NCBI GenBank assembly: GCA_964426125.1 | Contig: CAYROZ010000001.1 | Coordinates: 1-45,255, forward strand | Direction: 5' to 3' | Source: an uncultured Oscillospiraceae bacterium | GTDB taxonomy: Bacteria; Bacillota; Clostridia; Oscillospirales; Oscillospiraceae | DNA length: 45,255 nt | Part shown: positions 25,517 to 32,945 of the stretch, in pieces | Layout of the letters: the number at the start of each line of letters is the position of its first letter | How positions within the stretch are numbered: the first letter of the stretch is position 1 | Notes under the pieces: model-generated | Seen by the model: only the letters and a program-made list of their open reading frames with translations | What the model was told of the DNA's origin: nothing | Databases searched by the model: none | Made by a program: the position numbers and the translations under genes

Positions 25517-26478
25517 GTGAAGAGCTGATCCGGGTAGAGCACCTGAAAAAATACTTTGACACGCCGCGCGGCAAGCTGCACGCGGTGGACGATGTCGGCT
25601 TCACGCTCGACGCCGGCAAAACGCTGGGCGTTGTGGGCGAATCCGGCTGCGGCAAGTCAACGCTGGGCCGCACCGTGCTGGGTCTGCTGCCCGCCACGGA
25701 CGGCAAGATATTCTTTGAAGGCCGCGACATCACGCAGGCCAAGGGCCGCGAGCGCCGCGAGCTGCAAAAGGATATGCAGATCATCTTCCAGGACCCCTTT
25801 TCCAGTCTCAACCCCCGCTACACGGTCTTTGAGCTGATCGCCAATCCTCTGCGCTCGTTCCATCTGTGCAGCAGCAAGCAGGAGATCGAGGACAAGGTGT
25901 TCAGTTTGATGGACACCGTGGGTCTGGCCCGCCGCTTTGCCTACTCCTACCCCCACGAGCTCGACGGCGGCCGCCGCCAGCGCATCGGCATCGCCCGCGC
26001 GCTGAGTGTGGACCCGAAGTTCATCGTTTGCGACGAGCCGGTGAGCGCGCTGGATGTTTCCATTCAGGCGCAGGTTCTGAACCTTTTGCAGGACCTGCAG
26101 GCGGAAAAGCACCTCAGCTACATTTTCGTAACGCACGATATGTCCGTCGTCAAGCACATCTCGGACGATATCCTTGTGATGTACGTCGGCTCCATGATCG
26201 AAAAGTGCCCCTCGCGCCGGCTGTTCGAAATGCCGCTGCACCCCTACACCAAGGGCCTTTTGTCCGCCATTCCGGTGCCGTCCATCCGGCGGGAGAAAAA
26301 GCGCATCATCATGCAGGGCGAGCTGACCAGCCCCGTCAATCCCAAGCCCGGCTGCCGCTTTGCCGCGCGCTGCCCCTATGCCAAGGAGCGCTGCCAGCAG
26401 GAGATGCCGACCTACGAGGAGGTCCAGCCCGATCATTTCGTGGCCTGCCACTACGTTCGGGAGATCAACGACCTGTGA
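25513..26478 (+). CDS. ABC transporter ATP-binding protein (OppF/DppF type)
   Basis: GTG start overlaps the previous stop (GTGA). Walker A GESGCGKST, signature LDGGRRQR, Walker B FIVCDEPVSALD, and C-terminal CRFAARCPY. Confidence 0.94.
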   Translation: MSEELIRVEHLKKYFDTPRGKLHAVDDVGFTLDAGKTLGVVGESGCGKSTLGRTVLGLLPATDGKIFFEGRDITQAKGRERRELQKDMQIIFQDPFSSLNPRYTVFELIANPLRSFHLCSSKQEIEDKVFSLMDTVGLARRFAYSYPHELDGGRRQRIGIARALSVDPKFIVCDEPVSALDVSIQAQVLNLLQDLQAEKHLSYIFVTHDMSVVKHISDDILVMYVGSMIEKCPSRRLFEMPLHPYTKGLLSAIPVPSIRREKKRIIMQGELTSPVNPKPGCRFAARCPYAKERCQQEMPTYEEVQPDHFVACHYVREINDL

Positions 26479-27347
26479 AACGAATTTTTCAATGCAGCGC
26501 CGCCGTTTTGGCGGCGCTGTGGCTGTTGCTGCTTTCCGCTGCGGCGGCCGAGCCGGTCATCACGGTGCTGGAAACGGCGCCGCAAACCATCCTGAAGGCC
26601 GCGCCGCTGCGCGAGGAATGCGAGCTGGGCCAAACGGCGGCGGATGCGCTGCGCGCCGTGTCGGGCGCGGATGCGGCGCTGGTGCCCGGCGGCGAGCTGG
26701 CCAACGATCTGAACGCCGGCGCGGTCACGGCGGCGGATATCGCGCGCGTGTTTGCCCAGGACCGGCCTCTGGCCGTGGCGGCGCTGACGGCGGCAGAGCT
26801 GTGGGCGCTGCTGGAATGGTCGGTCCATGCCATCGTGGTCGATCCCGACACGGAGACGGTGGTGGCGGAGGCGTCGGATTTTGATGGGTTTTGCCATGTT
26901 TCGGGCCTGAAGATGGTATATGATGCTTCGGCCCCCGCGGGCGATCGCGTGCAGAGCGTCACGCTGGACGACGGGCGCAAGCTCGATAAAACCGACGGGA
27001 GCACCGTTTTGCGCGTGTGCGCGCCCGGGGCGCTGTTCGACGGGGCGTACGACTATCCGCTGCATCCCGCCGAGCCCATGGGCGACACGCTGTGCAGCGC
27101 GCTGGCGGCGTATGCAGCCGGGAAAACGGCGCTGCCGGAATCGGACGCGGCGCGCATCGTGGTGCTCGGGGCGCGGGAAAATGCGCTGGTGGGCGCGGTG
27201 CCGCGCGGGCTGCTGGTCGTGGGCTGCGTGGTGCTGATCGCGCTGCTGGTCGTGCCGGGGCAAAAGCTCGGGCGCTACCGGGATGAATTTGAAGTAAACG
27301 ACGAAAAATGGGCCAAAGGCTACCGCAGGCAGGGCCGGAAAAGATAA
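26475..27347 (+). CDS. Extracytoplasmic, membrane-anchored protein consisting only of a 5'-nucleotidase C-terminal (substrate-binding) domain
   Basis: GTG start overlaps the ATPase stop (GTGA). Signal peptide AAVLAALWLLLLSAAAA. 5_nucleotid_C-like blocks ECELGQTAADALR, DAALVPGGELANDL, AGAVTAADIARVF, SGLKMVYDASAPAGDRVQSVTLDDGRKLD. C-terminal TM followed by a basic tail. No metallophosphatase domain is present. Confidence 0.75.
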   Translation: MKRIFQCSAAVLAALWLLLLSAAAAEPVITVLETAPQTILKAAPLREECELGQTAADALRAVSGADAALVPGGELANDLNAGAVTAADIARVFAQDRPLAVAALTAAELWALLEWSVHAIVVDPDTETVVAEASDFDGFCHVSGLKMVYDASAPAGDRVQSVTLDDGRKLDKTDGSTVLRVCAPGALFDGAYDYPLHPAEPMGDTLCSALAAYAAGKTALPESDAARIVVLGARENALVGAVPRGLLVVGCVVLIALLVVPGQKLGRYRDEFEVNDEKWAKGYRRQGRKR

Positions 27348-27390
27348 AAAAGCAGCCGTGGGAACAAGCGACCCACGGCTGTTGAATTTT
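27346..27390. terminator. Bidirectional terminator between the ABC operon and the flavoenzyme pair
   Basis: CAGCCGTGGG (27353..27362) pairs with CCCACGGCTG (27372..27381). A-run upstream and T-rich tract downstream. Confidence 0.75.
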
Positions 27391-27399
27391 GCGGCGGAT

Positions 27400-28899
27400 T
27401 TATTCGTTTCTAAGGGCCTCGGCAACGCTTTCACCCGCGAGGAAGCCGGAGGAGAGCGCCCAGGACATATCGTTGAGCACCTGGCGCTTCACGCCGCCCA
27501 GACTGATGTGGCGGCCGCCGGCGAAATCGCCCGTGACGTAAAGGCCCGGAACCAGACTGCCATCGGGCCGATAGGCCTGCATATCGGCGTTCACGGCCAC
27601 GCCGCCGAACGCGCCGTCCGTGTTCAGACGGGCGGCCAGCGCGAAATACGGGCCCTGCGCCAGCGGCAGCATGGTTTTCGGGTCCTTGAAATAGTCCCAG
27701 TCCTTCCCTTCGGCGCAGGAGATGTTGTAGGTTGAAACGGTGCGGGCCAGCGCGGCGGGATCAACGCCCATCTGCCCGGCGAGCGCATCGAGACTGTCCG
27801 CCATGAAAACGCCCTTGGTGCCCTTGGCCATCGCATCGCGGAACCAGCCGTGGATGACCGGCGTGTCCGGCAGCGGCGGCTTGGGGAAGGGGCCGGGCTC
27901 GTTGGTGCCGGATTTCGATTCGGCGACCATCCGCTCGAGAATGTTCTGGCTGAACAGGAAGAAGCTGCGGCCCTTGGGCAGCTTCAGCAGCACATGGCCG
28001 GTGTCGAACGGATCCATGCGCGGCACCAGCGGCTCCGCGGCGAAGCGGCGGCCCGTCAGATCGACCAGAATGCAGTAGTCGCTGAGCGAAAGCGGATAGA
28101 ACACGGAGGTCTCCCCCGTGGCGCACATGGGGCCCATGATGCGCAGACAGAAGTTGTCCCAGTCCACAAAAGCGCCGGCCTTTTCCGCGATGGGGATGCC
28201 GTCGCCGGTGTAGGCGGGGTTCTGGTGGGCGTTGGGCATGATGTCCAGATCGCGGAACGCGGGCATCACCTTGTCCATCACGGCCTCGTTTCGTATCCAG
28301 GTGCTGCACGAGAGGATGCACACGCGGCAGCCGAAGCGCACGCGGCCCTCCGGCGTTTCGGCCCAGATGGCCGTGATGCGGCCGTTTTCCACCTCGGCAT
28401 CCACGGCGCGGTGCTCCGTGAGCACCTCAATGCCGCGGGCCTCGCATTGGCGCAGCATGGTTGCCACGATCAAGCGGCCCGAGCCGTTGTGGAAGCCGTC
28501 CTGCTGCGGGCCGGGCTGGCCGTGGACGGGGATATCGAAGATGTAGGGGCGCGGCTCGTATTTGGCCAGAATTTCGGGCAGCTCAAACCGGCTGTACCAG
28601 TCGAAGAAGCGGCCCGTGCTCAAAACGGCGCGGCGCACCAGCTTGGCGTCGAGCTTCCAGAAGGTCAGATCCATGCCCTGGCGGATGAAGTCGTTGGACT
28701 GGTCGCGGATGCCGCGGTCGGCCTGCCACTGGCTGCCGAAGGTGCGCATGGTGGAGGCGAACAGCATCCCGCCGCCGGGCTTTTTGGCCTTTTCCAGCAC
28801 GATCACGCGCTTGCCGGAAAGCTCCGCCGCGCGCACTGCGGCCACCAGACCGCTGCCGCCGCCGCCGACGACCAGAATATCACAGTTGCGTTCAGTCAT
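27400..28899 (-). CDS. FAD-dependent oxidoreductase, FAD_binding_2 family (paralog A)
   Basis: DILVVGGGGSGLVAAVRAAELSGKRVIVLEK at the N-terminus and GLYVTGDFAGG near the C-terminus. No signal peptide. ATG overlaps the stop of paralog B (ATGA). SD AAGGAG. Confidence 0.88.
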   Translation of the reverse strand: MTERNCDILVVGGGGSGLVAAVRAAELSGKRVIVLEKAKKPGGGMLFASTMRTFGSQWQADRGIRDQSNDFIRQGMDLTFWKLDAKLVRRAVLSTGRFFDWYSRFELPEILAKYEPRPYIFDIPVHGQPGPQQDGFHNGSGRLIVATMLRQCEARGIEVLTEHRAVDAEVENGRITAIWAETPEGRVRFGCRVCILSCSTWIRNEAVMDKVMPAFRDLDIMPNAHQNPAYTGDGIPIAEKAGAFVDWDNFCLRIMGPMCATGETSVFYPLSLSDYCILVDLTGRRFAAEPLVPRMDPFDTGHVLLKLPKGRSFFLFSQNILERMVAESKSGTNEPGPFPKPPLPDTPVIHGWFRDAMAKGTKGVFMADSLDALAGQMGVDPAALARTVSTYNISCAEGKDWDYFKDPKTMLPLAQGPYFALAARLNTDGAFGGVAVNADMQAYRPDGSLVPGLYVTGDFAGGRHISLGGVKRQVLNDMSWALSSGFLAGESVAEALRNE

Positions 28900-30380
28900 G
28901 AGGTAAGCTCCTTTTCTATGTGGTCTGCCGCGTGTTCGGCGGCCAGTTTGCCGGAGGTGCAGGCCCAGCCCAGCGTTACGCCCTCATAGGACACATAGGC
29001 GTTGTTCACAAGACCGCCGCTGGCGTCGCATCCGGCGGCGTACAGGCCGGGGATGGGGCGGCCGTCGGGCCGCAGCGCCTGCATGGCGGTGTTGATGCGC
29101 AGTCCGCCCAGCGAGCAAAGCTGGTTGGCGCGCCCTTCGATCAGATAATAGGGCCCCGCGCCGTAGGCGTGCAGATAGGCGGGGTCCTTGCCGTACATAT
29201 CGTCGCGTCCGGCGGCGCACAGCGCGTTATAGTCCGCCACGGTTTGCGACAGCGCGGCGGCGTCCATGCCGGCCGACCCGGCCAGCGCGGAAAGCGAATC
29301 GCCCCTGTGCACCACGCCGCAGGTGAGCCCTTCGCGCAGCTGCGCGGGAAAATCGGTCCAAGGCGTGTCCGGGTCGAGCCCGCGCAGATCGGTGTCCAGT
29401 CCCAGGGCGCGCGCGCCTTTTTCCGTGAGTGCGTCGGCCATGGTCTGGTCGAGCAGGATATAATACTCGCTGCCCTGGCGGAAAACGGCGTTGCCGGTGT
29501 AGGAGATGTCCTCCCACACGCCCTCGTTTACAAAGCGCTGGCCGAGGCGGTTGAGCCAAAGCACGCCAGGAAAGCCCGTCAGCCGGCTCAGCTCGTTGCC
29601 ATGGCGGCCGATGGAGGCGCGGCTGAGCTTGTCGCAGGGAACGTCGCAGCCGTGCAGCTCGATGGCGTCCGGATTTTCCGTGCCGCAGCCGATGTCCATG
29701 GCCATGCGTATGCCGTCGCCGGTTTGAAAGCCGGTGTTGATGGCGTTCACCTTCACGCCGCGCGTGGCGCGCAGCACCATTTCCTCGTTTGCGCCGTAGC
29801 CGCCCGTGCAGGCGATCACGGCCCGGCCGTAAACCGCAAAGCGGCCCTGCTCGTCCCGCGCCCACACACCGGCGACGCGGCCGGAGTCCACGATCAGCTC
29901 CTCTGCCGCCGTGCGCAGAAGGACCTGCCCGCCGCCTTCTTCCACGCGCCGGATCAGACGGCGCATCTCCCCGGCTTTGTAGGTGTCCCAGATGAAATAG
30001 GTCTGGAAGGGACTGTGGGCATGCTTTGGCTGCACGGTGCCGACATAATCGATCCTGCAGCCGAGCGCCTGCAGCCAGTCCACGGTCTCGCCGCTGTGGC
30101 GCAGATATTCGTGGATGAGGGCGAAGTTGGCCAGATAGTTGGTCTGCTCCATCCAGTCGTGCAGCATCTGCGCGATGGTGAAGGCGCCTTTGGGGCTGTT
30201 TCTCTGGTCGCGGGCTCCCACGGCGCCCAGACCGCGCGCCATCGCCGCCGAACCGCCTACAGAAGGCGCCTTTTCCAGCAGGATGACCCGCTTGCCAAGC
30301 TGGGCGGCCCGCATGGCGGCGCAGAATCCGGCCCCGCCGCCGCCGAGAACGATGATGTCGCCGTGAATGCTTCTTTCCAT
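28896..30380 (-). CDS. FAD-dependent oxidoreductase, FAD_binding_2 family (paralog B)
   Basis: DIIVLGGGGAGFCAAMRAAQLGKRVILLEK, CTGGYGAN, and GLYAAGCDASGG. No signal peptide. Confidence 0.88.
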   Translation of the reverse strand: MERSIHGDIIVLGGGGAGFCAAMRAAQLGKRVILLEKAPSVGGSAAMARGLGAVGARDQRNSPKGAFTIAQMLHDWMEQTNYLANFALIHEYLRHSGETVDWLQALGCRIDYVGTVQPKHAHSPFQTYFIWDTYKAGEMRRLIRRVEEGGGQVLLRTAAEELIVDSGRVAGVWARDEQGRFAVYGRAVIACTGGYGANEEMVLRATRGVKVNAINTGFQTGDGIRMAMDIGCGTENPDAIELHGCDVPCDKLSRASIGRHGNELSRLTGFPGVLWLNRLGQRFVNEGVWEDISYTGNAVFRQGSEYYILLDQTMADALTEKGARALGLDTDLRGLDPDTPWTDFPAQLREGLTCGVVHRGDSLSALAGSAGMDAAALSQTVADYNALCAAGRDDMYGKDPAYLHAYGAGPYYLIEGRANQLCSLGGLRINTAMQALRPDGRPIPGLYAAGCDASGGLVNNAYVSYEGVTLGWACTSGKLAAEHAADHIEKELTS

Positions 30381-30426
30381 TGACGCGTGGTTCCTTTTTC
30401 GTTAAAATGTTTTATATATTTTGCGC

Positions 30427-30460
30427 TTGTGCGCACCCATACTAATTTATATAATTATAT
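30427..30460 (+). promoter_or_regulatory. Candidate promoter and operator of the NTF2-like operon, within a divergent AT-rich control region
   Basis: TTGTGC (30427..30432), 17-nt spacer, TATAAT (30450..30455). The palindrome GTGCGCAC (30429..30436) overlaps the -35. The perfect 12-bp palindrome ATATAATTATAT (30449..30460) overlaps the -10. Confidence 0.5.
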
Positions 30461-30502
30461 TATATTCACATTCCGGACAAACGCAAGAAGGAGATCAAAA
30501 TT

Positions 30503-31243
30503 ATGCGCGATATCGGCAACAGTGCAGCGCTGGCGGATCGGTGGCATGACCGGCGCGCTGTGATGAATCTGGCGGGCAAATACGTCATGAGTCTGCTGCT
30601 CAAGCGCGAGGGCAGCTTGTTTGATGATTTCTGGAGTGCGCGGGAGGACGTGTGCCTGCGCTTTAACGACGGCAGCTACGTCGGAGCGGCGGCCGTGCGC
30701 GGCTATTATGCGGCGCAGTGCGAAAACACGGCGCTGGTGTCGCGGTTTTTGAAGGAGCGCTTCCCCGCGCAGCTCGGCTCGATGAGCGAGGAGGAGCTTT
30801 TCGGCGTGGGGCAGTTCCACGGCCTTCCCATCACGACCCCGGTGGTGGAGGTGGCCGGAAACGGCGAAACGGCCCGCGGCCTGTGGCACGTTCACGGAAC
30901 GGACAATACGCTTGGGCCCTGGGGGCCGCTTTCGTGGTGGAAGCTCGGCTTTCTGGCCATCGATTTTCGCCGGGAGGGAGGCCGGTGGCGGCTGTGGCAC
31001 GTGTTCCACGCGGAGGATGTGACCGCGCCCATGGGCGAAAACTGGCTGCGGCCCGCGGAGCGAAAGGAGCTGCCGGAATACGCTGCGCTCAAGGCGCTGA
31101 AAAAGCCTGCATACACCGTGGTGCGGGACAATTACCGGCCCTATTCGCCCACGCGGCCGCTTGCGCCGCCGCCGGAGATCCCGGAGCCCTATGAAAGCTT
31201 CGAACAGATCGTCGGCTATGGAGAGGAGGCGAGCGTGCGATGA
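30503..31243 (+). CDS. NTF2/SnoaL-like fold protein, long form (paralog 1)
   Basis: SD AGAAGGAGA. SnoaL_4-like pattern (AVMNLAGKYV..., GETARGLWHVHG, LAIDFRREGGRWRLWHVF) plus an approximately 80-aa Pro-rich C-terminal extension containing PEPYESF. Confidence 0.7.
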   Translation: MRDIGNSAALADRWHDRRAVMNLAGKYVMSLLLKREGSLFDDFWSAREDVCLRFNDGSYVGAAAVRGYYAAQCENTALVSRFLKERFPAQLGSMSEEELFGVGQFHGLPITTPVVEVAGNGETARGLWHVHGTDNTLGPWGPLSWWKLGFLAIDFRREGGRWRLWHVFHAEDVTAPMGENWLRPAERKELPEYAALKALKKPAYTVVRDNYRPYSPTRPLAPPPEIPEPYESFEQIVGYGEEASVR

Positions 31244-32028
31244 GCTTTGCGTACCGCGAATTTTCCGATGACGAGCTGATCGATCGCGTTTGGGACCAGG
31301 AGAACATACGGGACACGATGGGCCGCTTTGCCTATTACGAGGCGGCAAACCGCCGCCGCGAGGCGCTGGAGCGCTTTTGGGTGCAGGAGTCTGAAAACCG
31401 GGCCACGGCGTCGTTTGGGCGCAACTGGGGCTTTCTGCGCGGCATGGAGGAGATAGAGGCGTATTACGTCGGGCGCTGCCGCTTCGGCGGCGTGGGAACG
31501 GCGCTGATGCACCCGCTTTCCACCAAGCTTTTGTATCTGGCCGAGGACGGTTCCACGGCGCAGGGAATGTGGATGGGCATCGGCTATGAAATGGCCCCGG
31601 ACAGCCGGGGCGAGCCGGATGCCAAGTGGGTCAGCGAGCGCGTGGCGGTGGATTTCATCCGCGAGGGCGGCACGTGGCGCATCTGGCATATGTTCATCGG
31701 CACGAACTACGTTTTGTCCGCCGGGGAAAACTACCGCGAGCAGCCCATTGCCGTGCGCACCGTGACGCGCGGGGAGGGCGGGCCGCACTGGTATGTGGTG
31801 GGCCGGGGCCGCGAGAGGACGGCGGGCCCTGTGGCGCAGTTTGATCAGATACCGGACTGGCCGGAGCGGGAGGCGTTTTTGAACGGGCGCGAGCCGGAGG
31901 AGATATACACCGCGCTGTATAACGACCCGCTGCATTTTCCGCCGCTGCCGCAGCCGTACCGCACGTTTGCCGAAACCGTGAGCTATGGGCCCGCGGGCTT
32001 TTCGGCAAGTCTTGAAGGGAGGGTTTGA
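31240..32028 (+). CDS. NTF2/SnoaL-like fold protein, long form (paralog 2)
   Basis: ATG overlaps the previous stop (ATGA). SD GGAGAGGAGG. Motifs DGSTAQGMWMGIG and VAVDFIREGGTWRIWHMF. C-terminal tail contains PQPYRTF. Confidence 0.7.
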   Translation: MSFAYREFSDDELIDRVWDQENIRDTMGRFAYYEAANRRREALERFWVQESENRATASFGRNWGFLRGMEEIEAYYVGRCRFGGVGTALMHPLSTKLLYLAEDGSTAQGMWMGIGYEMAPDSRGEPDAKWVSERVAVDFIREGGTWRIWHMFIGTNYVLSAGENYREQPIAVRTVTRGEGGPHWYVVGRGRERTAGPVAQFDQIPDWPEREAFLNGREPEEIYTALYNDPLHFPPLPQPYRTFAETVSYGPAGFSASLEGRV

Positions 32029-32033
32029 GCCGG

Positions 32034-32810
32034 ATGGAGCAAAGCACACACGAGAAGATCCGCGCGGCAGGAGCCTGCCTGGAGGTGGAAAATCTCCATG
32101 CCCGCCACTGCTATATGCACTGCGCGGGGCGCAACGTGGAGGAAGTGGACCGCTGCTGGCTGAAAAGCGACGAGGTATCCTGGGGCCATGGCTTCGGCAA
32201 ATGGGTCGGCTGGCAGGGCGTGAAATTCGGCTGGGGCTCCAGTTTGGAGCGGCAGGGGCTCGGCGCGTATCTGGAGCTCACGCAAACCTGGCCGCAGGTG
32301 ACGGGGCTGGACCCGCGCCCGCTGTATGAGTCCGCCATGCACACGCTGGCCACGGACATCATCGAGGTGGCCGCCGACGGCCAAACGGCGCGCGCCTTTT
32401 TCTACACGCCGGGGGCCGTGACCTCCACGCTCAATGCCGATGGCCGGCGCGAGGGCGTTTGGATGTGGGAGCGCTACGGCGTGGAATACGCGCGGGACGC
32501 GGACGGGCAGTGGAAATTCCGCACCATTCAGGTCTGTCCCGATCTGGTGGCCCCGCTTGACTGCGTCAATCCGGCGCGGGAAAGCATGGCACGATTGCAG
32601 TCGCCGCAGCCGCCGCATGGCTTTCCGGAGGGACAGGTGCTCGGCTGCGCCGGGCCGATCGCGCCCATTGTGGACGAGCCGGAGCCGGTCCATGCCGACT
32701 GGTCGCTCGTTCAGCCGGTGCAAAATCCCGTTCCCTGGCCGGAGCCGTATGAAACACTCGATCCGGCGCGTTCGTACCGCTATCGCGTGCAGGATCAACC
32801 GGCGGAATAG
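32034..32810 (+). CDS. NTF2/SnoaL-like fold protein, long form (paralog 3, most divergent)
   Basis: ATG 32034 lies 10 nt after GGGAGGG. An in-frame TTG at 32025 would overlap the previous stop. Motifs DGQTARAFFYTPG and YARDADGQWKFRTIQV. C-terminal tail contains PEPYETL. Confidence 0.65.
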   Translation: MEQSTHEKIRAAGACLEVENLHARHCYMHCAGRNVEEVDRCWLKSDEVSWGHGFGKWVGWQGVKFGWGSSLERQGLGAYLELTQTWPQVTGLDPRPLYESAMHTLATDIIEVAADGQTARAFFYTPGAVTSTLNADGRREGVWMWERYGVEYARDADGQWKFRTIQVCPDLVAPLDCVNPARESMARLQSPQPPHGFPEGQVLGCAGPIAPIVDEPEPVHADWSLVQPVQNPVPWPEPYETLDPARSYRYRVQDQPAE

Positions 32811-32861
32811 ACTTTTTTGGCGGCAAAGTGCGCCGCGCGTGGGTTTCGACACAAAAAAGAC

Positions 32862-32890
32862 TTGAATACAGGATTTGTATGTAATATAAT
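32862..32890 (+). promoter_or_regulatory. Promoter of the PPIase gene
   Basis: TTGAAT (32862..32867), 17-nt spacer, consensus TATAAT (32885..32890). Confidence 0.75.
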
Positions 32891-32945
32891 GTATCAGTCA
32901 CGCTGGGCAACCGGCGGAAAATCTCGCAAAAGGGTGAATATACAC

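Noticed and set aside
32812-32859. Inverted repeat CTTTTTTG ... CAAAAAAG enclosing a GCGGC/GCCGC hairpin after the NTF2 operon, as a possible terminator.
   Set aside because: The outer stem is AU-only and the inner stem is only 5 bp, with no clean U-tract after it. This is not strong enough to annotate. Transcription may simply run toward the PPIase promoter.
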